Positions 26,031 through 36,910 of a stretch of 64,000 bases of DNA are shown piece after piece; the stretch's first letter is position 1; the number at the start of each line of letters is the position of its first letter. Below the pieces are notes generated by a model. It had not been told where the DNA came from and did no database searches. It was given only the letters and a program-made list of their open reading frames with translations. The translations under genes were made by a program, and so were the position numbers. This stretch comes from Lingula anatina. Its lineage: Eukaryota; Animalia; Brachiopoda. The DNA is taken from contig CM120644.1 of the NCBI GenBank assembly GCA_051362555.1, positions 16,018,534-16,082,533 on the forward strand, in the 5' to 3' direction.

Positions 26031-26323
26031 TATGGCCCCATACAGAATAGATTATCCGAGCACTAACTGATCTGCTGACTAAATATGGCCGACCACACTT
26101 CAAAAGAGGTGCTGCTGATTCCTGATGGTCTCCCCGCCTCCACACATGCCATTAAAGGGAATAAACCTTGGCTCCGAGGTTTAATTGCTAGGTCACTGCA
26201 GCGATGGCTTGTGTAGAGGCGGGGTGGCCATCGAGAATCAGCGGCATCTCTTCTGAAGTGTGGTCGGCCATATTTAGTCGCGGATCAGTTAATACATGGA
26301 TCATCTATTCTAAGTGGGGCCTA
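26031..26323. mobile_element. Foldback MITE (PIF/Harbinger-like GGCCCCA termini), ~120-bp inverted arms
   Basis: 26031-26152 pairs with 26203-26323 (for example GACTAAATATGGCCGACCACACTTCA with TGAAGTGTGGTCGGCCATATTTAGTC). Relatives at about 1-100, 815-975, 19660-19845, 45963-46050 and 63890-64000. Confidence 0.85.
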
Positions 26324-26472
26324 TGTCTACTTATCTGAGCCTCTAGCGAGGATCATTTTGACTCAAAATTTGATTTAACCTGTTTAATGTATGATTGAAA
26401 AACAATATGTGCAGTAAACATCCCATGAAAAAATTTGAGATAACCAGGAAACAATATTAACATCATATACAC

Positions 26473-26656
26473 CAGGCCAGTAGTCGAGGGGGGGGGGGGG
26501 GGGTCGGGGTTTGAAAGAACCACCCTTTTTGCTGGGAAAAGGTCCACTCTGGGTAAAATTTGATCTATGTACAAGAGAATTTTATGGTAAAAAGTCCACT
26601 TTTTCATTAAAAGACCCCCCCCCCCCATATCTCTGAAATTACTAGCTACAGGCCTT
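26473..26656. mobile_element. MITE, same family as 31450-31615
   Basis: Shared core sequence; CAGGCCAGTAG...CTACAGGCCT termini; degenerate TSD TACAC/TACCC. Confidence 0.65.
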
Positions 26657-28269
26657 TACCCATATCATGACTTGATCTGCTTTCCCATAACAATTTTCAT
26701 GTACAAGTAGGCACGCCATGCATTCTCCTTGAGTATTTTCTATGGAGTTCCTGTAAAAGATCTTTATTCATCTCACTGCCAATTTGCCACCATTATCACT
26801 CACTTGTCCATCCTCTTAAAGTGATGCAACATCTTGCATTGACTTACATTTTTTTTTCGGTTCCATCAAAACAAGCGCCATATCTTTTATGTTTTCTTAA
26901 GCCTGAATCTTTCCATCAGAAACAATCTTACATTTCATGCTTCTTCAATTCATCAAAAAGTCCCCAACCATCCCACCATTTACAAAGCTTGGGCCAATAT
27001 CCTGTAATCTCAGACTACTATATAATTGGTTTTCTTAATGAACAAAAGTAAATAATTTAATTACTATGCTTGTGCTCTGCACCATAATTAAGGACAAAAT
27101 GTATGTGACTTGTCTCAAATTGAATGCCGTAGCTGCCATAGAAAATCCCCAGATGTTTTGGACTGCACCTTCACCTTTGCCTGATGGGTCAAGATTTTTT
27201 TCTTTCACAAAAGAATTCTGTATTCCATCACAGTTGAACTGTCATTATGTCTCCGACATGATTCACAGTTAGTTCCTTTGGACCAGTTATACTGCTCAAC
27301 TGAGTATCCCATGATGCATGTGGGGACGTGTCCCATGATGCATGTGGGGTAATATCCCATGATGCTCATGATGCACAGGGAGCTATCTTCTTTACCTGCC
27401 AATTAATATTCCACCACAGAGAAAAGTAATTTCAATCAATTGCAGTTCCTGGTATAAATGCAGGGGAATCAGGCACACAGTTTTCTTCACCATTTTAACA
27501 ATAGTTACACCATTGTCGAAAGTCTGAGGTATGATGTTTTCTTGGACTGAACTGTATTTCTCTCAGTGGGTTTTTCCATTTACAATCCAGAGTAAACTGC
27601 AATAGCCTCATCTTTGGCTGTATCCAGTGCAGCCAAGTGTTCCTTCTCAAAACTGAATTGCGTGCAGCAAGCTGTGCCCAGCAAATGACCACCTGTACTT
27701 CAACTAGCTCCCTTTTCTTGAGTCGTATCTAATTGCAGTTTTCCCGGTTGCAATTTATACATTCCACCTTTACCCTGTCTAGATGAAGTTATTACAGTTA
27801 TTACAGTAACTGCCTCTCGGTGCTAAATGAGCAATTTTCAGTAATTTGCTTAATGTGGATTACATCAGTTCAGGGGCAACGAAACCATTATTGGAATATA
27901 AACTGCTGTGGCATCTTTGTCATACAATCTGCAATACGGCGTCCTTGATAAATGCTGGAAAAGTGTTCTCTGCACTTACAAATACCATCCCAGTGTTATT
28001 TGCAGTATATCATTACTGTGCAACACAACATATTTTTCATTACAAAATGCCACAGCATCCGGTAATGCACCCTACCAAATCCTGTACAAGTTTTAAAGCC
28101 GCACTGTGGAGAAAATGCACTTAGAACCTGGTTTGATGGAATGAAGTACTTTTTGAGCACCATGAAGCGGGAATAGGAAAGGGTGGACTAACGCACACCT
28201 CTCTCTCTCTCTCTCTCTCTCTCTCCTACCCTATTATTACCAATACCATGATATAAAATTTTGTTAAAG

Positions 28270-28511
28270 TTATTCTGTTATATCAAAATATTCCATGAGC
28301 AAAGGTGGCAGCGATCCTTTTTGGACCCGGAGAGCGAGTAAGACCTCCGAATGTTCGACACTTAGGGTACGCAATTCCGTGAGCTTCATCAAGAGTTTGG
28401 CAAAGTTTTGGTTCTTTTTCACGTATTTGGCCTTCATGTAGTTTTGTAGTGCACGGACGTACATTTCCTGAACTTTCTCTATCTTTTGGGGCTCTGAAAG
28501 ACCAGTGCGCT
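28270..28511 (-). CDS. EcR: NR1H nuclear receptor, last coding exon (helices 9-12, AF-2)
   Basis: TTTTTCAG acceptor. Encodes ERTGLSEPQKIEKVQE...FAKLLMKLTELRTLSVEHSEVLLALRVQKGSLPPLLMEYFDITE*. The joined exons from ATG 41696 total 1329 nt (442 aa plus stop). Confidence 0.96.
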
Positions 28512-28689
28512 CTGAAAAATAATAAAAACAAAAAATTTGTCAGCTCTGTTCCTCAAAGAAAGAGCATAATAACCTCCGTTTCATCTAAGATTCAGTATTA
28601 TATTTAATTTTCTCATCATCTCAGTAAAAAAAGCTTGGATGAAGCAAAACTTTCACTTTGTTTTTCCCAAAGGGCATAACCATTTAAAG

Positions 28690-28731
<42 letters not shown>

Positions 28732-28808
28732 AAATTCTTCAGTTCACAAAATCTTAATTTTATTTATGTTTTATAGGGTGAGGTCACATAAAGCTCATCA
28801 ATGTAAGC

Positions 28809-28839
<31 letters not shown>

Positions 28840-28868
28840 GGCACTAGTTGACAATAACCAGAACTTAC

Positions 28869-29091
28869 CTGAAAAAACACAGATACATGTGAGCAGAGCA
28901 TACTCTGCATTATCCACATGGAGTAGTCCCATGGTACGACAGAAGTTATACATGCTATCTACAAAGTCCTTGAGACCTGCGAACCTGAGATTATCACGAG
29001 TGTAGGGCTGCCCGTCCCCAAAAACGACTGTGTCTGTATTGAGGTCGTATCGCCTAGCTGTCCGAAGCATCATCACCTCGCATGCAGAGCC
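28869..29091 (-). CDS. EcR: NR1H nuclear receptor, LBD helices 5-8 exon
   Basis: CACAG acceptor and G|GTAAGT donor; 223 nt. Encodes GSACEVMMLRTARRYD...VDNAEYALLTCICVFS. Confidence 0.96.
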
Positions 29092-29189
29092 CTGTGAATT
29101 AAGGGAGATCTCTTTTATAATTGATTGTAAACTTAAATTGTACATGTATGAACTCACCAAAAATACCTATACTAGTATCACCACGCAAA

Positions 29190-29585
29190 CACTCAACCAA
29201 CCCTAAATCCATCAACAAAACATTTATCCTAAAAGAAAACAACCATCAAACCAACAAATCAACCAACCAAACAGTCACCCAACCAACAAACAACCTTTAC
29301 CACATCATCCCCCCCGTGCCCTCCCCCCCTCCAAAAAAAAAAAAAGCCATCAAACCATCCAGCCACTCTAGCAACTACCAAACAACTAAACTAAAGGTCA
29401 TCCAACCAAAAACCAAACAACCAAAAACTCAACCATCAACCAACCAACAATGCCTACATTCAACCAAACAACCAACCATACAATAACCCAACCATCAATC
29501 AACCATTCAACCAACAACGCCCACATTCCACCAAACAACCAACTATTCAAACCTATAAATCCAACATACCAACTAGCAAGCCATT
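29190..29585. repeat. Degenerate (CAAC/CCAT)n low-complexity tract in a receptor intron
   Basis: Direct reading. Confidence 0.8.
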
Positions 29586-29916
29586 CATTTAAGTAGAATG
29601 TGCTGTTTCATTAAATACAGAAGTTATGTTTTTTTAGTACACATGTATACAGTGCTTGGAAGGATTCTACATTTTCTGTGCATTCTTAATGTATTCTATT
29701 AATGTATCAGATAACTGAATCGATTCTAGGACAATCACCCCCCCCCCCCCAAAGAATATATATTTACATACAAATATGAAGTAAAGAGTGTAAAGTACAA
29801 AACATTAATCCATTTTATTTATATTTTTAGTGTGATAATACAACTTCATCATTAAACAAATTATTTTAAAACAACCATACATATTATCAGAAGTAACAAA
29901 AAGATTATCCTCTCAC

Positions 29917-30069
29917 TTTTAGTAAAATTATCTGATCTTCTTTCCCTAGTGTCATAAACCCAGGAAGCCGTTTGGCGAATTCCACGATAAGTTGCGTCAC
30001 CAGTATTGTCATTTCTGCCATTTGTATGAATATCATCTCAGTGACGTTTTCACAGTTACTACTAAATTG
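29917..30069 (-). CDS. EcR: NR1H nuclear receptor, LBD helices 3-4 exon (absent from the ORF track)
   Basis: TTTTCCAG acceptor and AAA|GTGAGA donor; 153 nt. Encodes [51 protein letters not shown], the LBD signature. Confidence 0.95.
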
Positions 30070-30703
30070 CTGGAAAATGATTTTAAGAAATCTATATAGA
30101 ATGTGTCAGTGAAAAAAATACATTGCTTATGTGACCCTTCTGCAAATTATGGTCTTGAAGGTCACCTCACAAGTAAGTTATTTCAAAAGAAATCTGACAA
30201 AAAAGTGTGAGGGCCCGTTTGAGAAAAGATTTTGACAAAATTCTGTAACTTGCAAAAGTGTTGATTATCAATAGCAATTCATCCACAGTAATTTTCGAAT
30301 GTCCATAAAACAAAGAAGAAATGCCATAGGATAATATTGGACATTCTTTATATTTTACTTCCAAACCCTGTAAAATAAAATTATAGTGTGCACTCTACGT
30401 CACTTAAAAGGGATTAATTTCTTCCAAGGAAAAGGATGCTAAATAATTTTGAGAAATCTTTAAAGATTTTTAAAAAAGAAAGAGGACTAGCCAACAAAAA
30501 TTAAAGAAATATGCAAACAAAATTAAATCAGAAATATGCAGTCCTTCTTGCATGATCAAATACATTACAAAAATGGCTTACTGGGAGTTTTAATCACCAG
30601 CATTATAACATGATTGACTTGTGATGGTGTCAACAACTGAACCATTTCAGATGTACAATGTTCATCAGTTCACATTTGCCTCCCACAAAAAAAAAAAAAA
30701 AAT

Positions 30704-30734
<31 letters not shown>

Positions 30735-30899
30735 AAGAAATAAATTTCAGCCAAAATATTCATTTTGCATAATTGTCAACCAAAGTTTGTTTCTCAGGGG
30801 CAGATCCAGAGATATTTTCTGACGGTTTTCCATATTATCTTTAATTTGTTAATCCATCCTCCATTTTTGACCATCTTCCGACAGAAAAGATTTGATACC

Positions 30900-31058
30900 C
30901 AAGATAAATTTTAGTTCAAGACGGCAAATTCGCCATGTTTGATGTGGTGACGTCATCGTTCGGTGGAGTCACGTGAATCTTGACGAGTCACGTGAATCTT
31001 GAAGCCAATTTTGCTGTCTTGAAGGCGATTTTGCCGTCTTGAACTAAAATTTATCTTG
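30900..31058. repeat. 35-bp inverted repeat enclosing a duplicated GAGTCACGTGAATCTTGA
   Basis: CAAGATAAATTTTAGTTCAAGACGGCAAATTCGCC (30900-30934) is inverted at 31024-31058 with one mismatch. Confidence 0.85.
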
Positions 31059-31449
31059 CACTGATATTCTGTTGTTTTGAATGAAAATTTCCGATTTGAA
31101 GCCATTTTTCAAATCTAGATGATGGAAATGTATGAATTGAGACAAAATATTTGTGTCTTGAATGTATTTTCGATGTCTTGAAGGAAATTTTCCCGTCTTG
31201 AAATTTTTCCGCTTTGGCGTGCCATACTTGTGACAATAGCAAAAACCTGTTTCATAAATACCTTGTTCCAAAGTAAGTAATTGATTATCACTAAACATCA
31301 TTAAATAAAAAAAAAAAAACCTTGGAACCATGACCTGTGGGCATTCAACCTGATAATGTGCTTGTGACAAGATGACAATAGCGAAACCAATCTTTTTCAT
31401 AAACACATTGGAAAGTAGGTGATTAATTATCACGAAAATAGTAATAAAT

Positions 31450-31615
31450 CAGGTCTTCAACCAGGGGGAGGGGGGGGGTTCGGGGGTTTGAAAGAACCAC
31501 CCTTTTTGCTGGGAAAAGGAACACTCTGGGTAAATTTGATCTTGGTTAACTAAGGTTTCATGACAAAAGGTTCACATTTTCAGTTGCAATTACGCAGTAG
31601 CTGGGTACGGGCCTG
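31450..31615. mobile_element. MITE with CAGG termini and 5-bp TSD
   Basis: CAGG...CCTG ends with TAAAT on both flanks. The core GGGGTTTGAAAGAACCACCCTTTTTGCTGGGAAAAGG is shared with 26473-26656 and, inverted and diverged, with about 18175-18410. Confidence 0.7.
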
Positions 31616-31700
31616 TAAATAAAACCCATTGGAACCACAAACAATGTAACAGATGGTCCAAGCCTTGCCTGGTTCCATCTACATTGTACTTTATACTCAC

Positions 31701-31987
31701 AGAGACTTTTTTAATATCCTCCTCCTTGGCTATCTCATACTGATCCTGATAAACCACCAGCATTTCCACAAGCACTTTCTCCTTCTCTGTGATTTCGGAC
31801 AGAGGATCCTGAGTAATGTCATTGCCACTAGCGCTATTACTGCGACCAGTGTCTTTGCTGCTATTACTTAACTCTGCAACATTGGTGCCCGTGTTACTGT
31901 CGGGACTGGGATGGCCTTTACGCTGACCTACGTTTTTTGATTTCCTTCTGGCATCTCGAGCTTTACATTGTTCATCCGACAGAAGGC
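31701..31987 (-). CDS. EcR: NR1H nuclear receptor, hinge and LBD helix 1 exon
   Basis: TTTTAG acceptor and TCT|GTGAGT donor; 287 nt. Encodes CLLSDEQCKARDARRK...EKVLVEMLVVYQDQYEIAKEEDIKKVS (EcR T-box and QDxYE motif). Confidence 0.93.
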
Positions 31988-32142
31988 CTAAAACATAAAA
32001 AACATTGACTTTAAAAGTTTTTTTTCAACACTGTATTTTTAGAGGTCATATTACTAGTAAGTCATTATAAGCATAAAAAATTTTTTTCTGAAATAAATTA
32101 TATCAATTTTTTCAAAAATAAAATTCATGTTATGTAAAACTT

Positions 32143-32377
32143 ATTAGTTCTGCCAAGGAAGCTATGTGATTGGATCCATTCGTCTGTCTCAGTCTGTTAG
32201 CACCTTCTAGCAAAAAATTATGGATGGATTTAGACGAAAATTTTCAGAAACTGTCAGAAGTGGAAAATGTAACAAACGATTATATTTTGGTGACTATTTA
32301 TTAATTTCAAGATTAGAATTGATGACAATGGCACTGCCTTTGAGGGGTTCTGTGGTTTCCAAGTGCTTTTCTGGTTC
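32143..32377 (+). mobile_element. Diverged HINE-like element, family C
   Basis: TCTGCCAAGGAAGCTATG head, shared core AAATTTTCAGAAACTGTCA and tail AGTGCTTTTCTGGTT, collinear with 45661-45903. Confidence 0.55.
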
Positions 32378-33125
32378 CTATTTTTATATAGTAAAAACTG
32401 TAAGCATGGCCAACATATTGTCTTTCATAATAATAATAATAAAAAATCTGACTTTTAAAAAATTCTGTAAAAAAAAAGAACAACTGCTAAGAAAATGGCT
32501 TAATGTACTATCCGAAACACCAAATTAATTAACTGGAAAAAAAGTAAGCACTTTGGGATTTGAGGCATCATCATCATTAACTCACGTTCCCTTTCAGATA
32601 TCGATTCTTTTCCACACCCTTCACATTCTACAATGTGACAAGTTGTGAAATATAAAGCATGTGTAAAATGCCAGTTAACCGCATACACCATTCTCTTCTC
32701 AAGTTCCTTATTTCATGTAGTGCCAGATCAAGAAGAATTGTCCTTGATCTACTAATGTGGGCCAGTAATTGCAATCGAGTACTTTCAGCAAGTGCAGTTG
32801 CCATGGCAACTCAGTTAAGCTGTAACCAAAACTATTTCTACAAATGGTAACAATGGTAACAACAATAATGATAAAAATAATAATCAAAAATATATAATTT
32901 CCATTCCATTGTCCTTTGTCACAATGTAATAATAAAAATAACAATAATATTTCATCTATAAACCATGCTTTACATATATCTCAACACTGTTTACAAATAT
33001 TTACGAAGCATTTTCTAAGATAATTTGAACCTTATCAAAAAGAATTGAACTGAAGGAGGCATAAAATGAACCAAACAATTCTTTAAATAAAATTTTAATC
33101 ACATTAAGAAAACTTAAAAAAGAAA

Positions 33126-33520
33126 TTGATATTAAGTGAGATCAGTAGTATGAAACGGAATTCAAAGATGCTTTCAAAATTTGATAAAACTATTGTTGAC
33201 AAAAATTGTAGAATAGGAAGCTTTACTGTTTTTAATACTTGGGTTGAACATTTTTTGTTGTTATTGATGAAAATCAAAAGTAAAGAAGTAGAAGCTGACT
33301 TGCATAATCATGATGAAAAATGCAAACTTGAAAACTTAAAAATACCAGAGAGTCTGAATGTTGTTACATGCGATAAAATGTGTAGTGCTCTAAAAAATAT
33401 GGCAAATGGTAGCAGGCAGTTAAGTACAGGAAATGCCTAATTAAGCGTACTTGAAATGGAACTGTTCCTTTTTTAAGCCAATTATTCAATATGATATTTA
33501 AATTTGTATCCCCAAAGTGG
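33126..33520 (+). mobile_element. Possible very old LINE ORF2 remnant
   Basis: VTCDKMCSALKNMANG resembles the pre-RT motif I..EEI..ALK.MKNGK, and CIPK follows downstream in another frame. Heavily decayed. Confidence 0.35.
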
Positions 33521-34196
33521 TATATTGCTACTCTTTGTGGGCTTCAAAATATTAACAGGGGACTGTGAATGACATTTATAACAACAGAGCGATATTTCAA
33601 TTAAATATTATATGAAAATAATTAACAAAGGTTAGAAATTATAGATTTGCCAAATAGGCAAATGAAAATGGAAAATTCAATAAACTCAAGGATAACTGAG
33701 TTATTCCATGAAAACATGTTTCCAGGATTTGTTTATGAAATTCAGACTGTTGGTCGTCAGCCAATAAACTTGCCAATCACCTCTCGGACTCGGCCATGGA
33801 AAATGTCAATGTGACATGTCAAGATGACACGTCGTGCATTCTTGGAAATGTGGCTTTTCAAACCATCTTTAAAAAGCCTCTGAATCGAGTTTTGAATGTC
33901 TCATTAAAGGTTATTAAATACATTACGAAATCTTTAAGAAGAAAAACATTAATATTTCATTGGTTTAATTTATGCTATGCACCCTTCATGAAATCTACAT
34001 TGTAAAGATCTTAACAAAAAACAAAATTACATGTCTTTTTCATTGCATAATTCGATTTCCCGGAAGACAAATGGGAGGCAATGAAGTGTAATAAAAGCAT
34101 TCATCTCTCATAAGCAAAGTTCAAGGGCAATGATATTCCTGTTAGAAGCAACATCCATGGGGTAAGGATATATCAAACACAATATGAAATACTCAC

Positions 34197-34337
34197 ACTC
34201 CTCTTTCATTCCAACTTCTTTACATCTTCGTAACCGACATGCCTGGCACTTCCGTCGCATCCACATGTCCATCTCGCACTTTCCTCCATATTTACACATG
34301 TACGTCGCATTGCGAGTGATGCTCCTCCTAAAAAAAC
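34197..34337 (-). CDS. EcR: NR1H nuclear receptor, second zinc finger exon
   Basis: CAG acceptor and T|GTGAGT donor; 141 nt, phase 1/1. Encodes [48 protein letters not shown]. Confidence 0.96.
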
Positions 34338-36910
34338 CTGTAATGAAGATTAAGTAGAATTATGAAGTTTCACCAAGGTCTACAAGATTTTATTTTTCTA
34401 TTAATGCATGTAAATATATGTACACACACACACTCACAAAAGAAAACATCAATTATCTTTAAAATGCTGCTCATCATTATATCCAACTCAAAGCTCAGAT
34501 AAACATTTGTTCAATAAACAATTATCAATTGTATAAATATATTTCTCTCTTTAGCTCACAAAATCATATGCAAGGCAGATTTCTCATTAGAAAGGCTTTT
34601 GGTAATGACTCGATTTTTTTCAAAGTGGAAAAATTGTCAATCTTTCATGTTATTTTGGAAGCATAAAGAAATTATTTCTTTGTTGCATCTGTGGCCATTT
34701 TACTGTCTAGAACAAAACTTTAAGGTAGCTAAGTTTTCAGTTTTGTTTCCACCACTCAAAAAGAATGCTCCAATTTTAAGAATTTCTGGCATGGAAAAAA
34801 TGCATTATCCGTAATATTCCCAATTTTTTACCCATTGAAAAGATGGAGTCATTTTCGTATGCTGTTTGTTGTGTCATATGCTAGAAATACATAGGTGATC
34901 CACTTGGAGCAGCAAATGGGTTATTTTTACCTCTGTGAAAGAGGTTATGCTTTTGACTTTCTTGATGTAAGCCACATAAAAAAAATTATAATAAATAAAT
35001 AAATAAATAAAAATGTAACCCCAATATGACAAACGCAAAGCTGTTAAATCTACAAACATAAAAGCAAATAATGAAATAATGATGCACAAAATGGGTTAAC
35101 TGTCAAAATTTTAAATGCAATTTTACATGATACTTAACAGCAATATAACAGGTAACATGTATATTAGGAATGTGAAAGTAGCATAAGGCTTCTGGCCCAC
35201 GAGAGTTTACATGCACACCCTGGAAATCTTGAAATGTAAAATAAGGACTAGGTGAAAAGTCGGTCAAAGGTCAAATTTAGGATCACATTATGAAGCCCGG
35301 TATGTTATTTCTTATTCAATGTAACGATGTAACTAAGTAACTATGGGCACATCTCTGCATCAGTGTAGCCTATTTGGTATATTTCACATTTGAAAAATTT
35401 TGAAAAATTTATCATGTTATCTCTGAAAGTGCACGTTGATGCTGATGACATGTGCTGGCTATATATACAGAGACTATATATTTGCTCATAAAAAAATACA
35501 CTTCATAATTTAAACAAAACATGATTGAACTAATTATGCACCAACAATGTGTAACTAAATTCTGAAACATTTTGCCACAAAATGCCTTACATTTTACAAG
35601 TATTACATAAAGCAAGTATTACATAAAAAAGGCTGTGTCATGCCACGACAACGATGAGAAAAACAAGGCGATTCAAGAAAACCAACCCTTATCCCTTAGT
35701 GATAATCTAAGATTAACCGAGGTTTCATCTCACAAATCTTCTTGGGTCTGATAATCAGCTTGTTCGAGAAATATGCAGTTACTTTGCCACTGAATTAGAA
35801 AACAGATCGGGTAGAAAGAGAGATGAAGCCACTTCATACTGTTTGCTCTTTTTAGAACTTTCTTTGTATATTATTAAGCACATGCATCTTGCCGTGTTTG
35901 AAGATATTTTTAGCTGAAGTTTTCAATGACGTCTTTGCTACAGATTGCAGATTATCAGGATTAGAATGGTTGTATGTGTCCAGACAGAGAAACTCTGGTG
36001 TCTTCTCCAGAGTATATCTTTATTATATACCTCTCAGTTATGTGGTATTAAAAAAAAATGCCAATGACTGCGCACACACGCACGTGCATCCATTCATACA
36101 CACACAAATGCACTCAAGCATTACTTGCACACGACTGCAGATGCACGTGATTAAATGGGTAATGAAACGTGCACTGTTACAGTACTTAGCTAATAAGAAT
36201 GAGCTTCTATGCACATATTGGTCCTTACATGAAATAGAGTGAAATAGAAACATTTTTTGATTAACTGTGAACTCTGTAAAGACATTAGAGAAGACCTTTA
36301 AACCTTGAAATTCATATAGACAAACATTCTCATGCATTTAATTACAATGACAAGTTTTAATTTCTTACGCAAAATGATCAGATACAATTTAAGACAGCAT
36401 AAAAAATACACACAAAGATGTGGAGAAGTAAATCTTACTAATAACGATGAGATGCTTTAAAAAGTTTTACATAGAAAATCTTTTTTAAGGTGTTTTATTG
36501 ATAGGTAATTTACTTAAAAGAACTTTAATTAATTCTAAATGTACTATCACAGGTTTTAGTCTCTCATAACCCTTAGTAGGCTGGGTTTTATTTTTAAATG
36601 TGAGATGTAAATAAAATTATTATAATTATTACAAACACACTTATGCACTCAAGCATTACTACCACACAAATGCAGATGTACATGTTTAATTGGGCAATGA
36701 AATGTGCACATACAGTACTTAGCTAATAAGAATGAATTCTTTTCTTCAAGTGGGGTTTTGAAAAACTTTTGACTAGTGAAGATGCTCAATGGACATGTCA
36801 AAGTCTCTTTAGTGAGAAAGATCATGTTTTTGAAAATAAAAAGAAAATAAAAGACCTTAATTCTTCAATTTATGTTTCATACATTAAGACAGAATTGTGA
36901 AAGCCTATAG

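Noticed and set aside
29121-29486. Q/T/N/P-rich 121-aa ORF antisense to the receptor
   Set aside because: Low-complexity (CAAC)n tract that lacks stops because of its composition.
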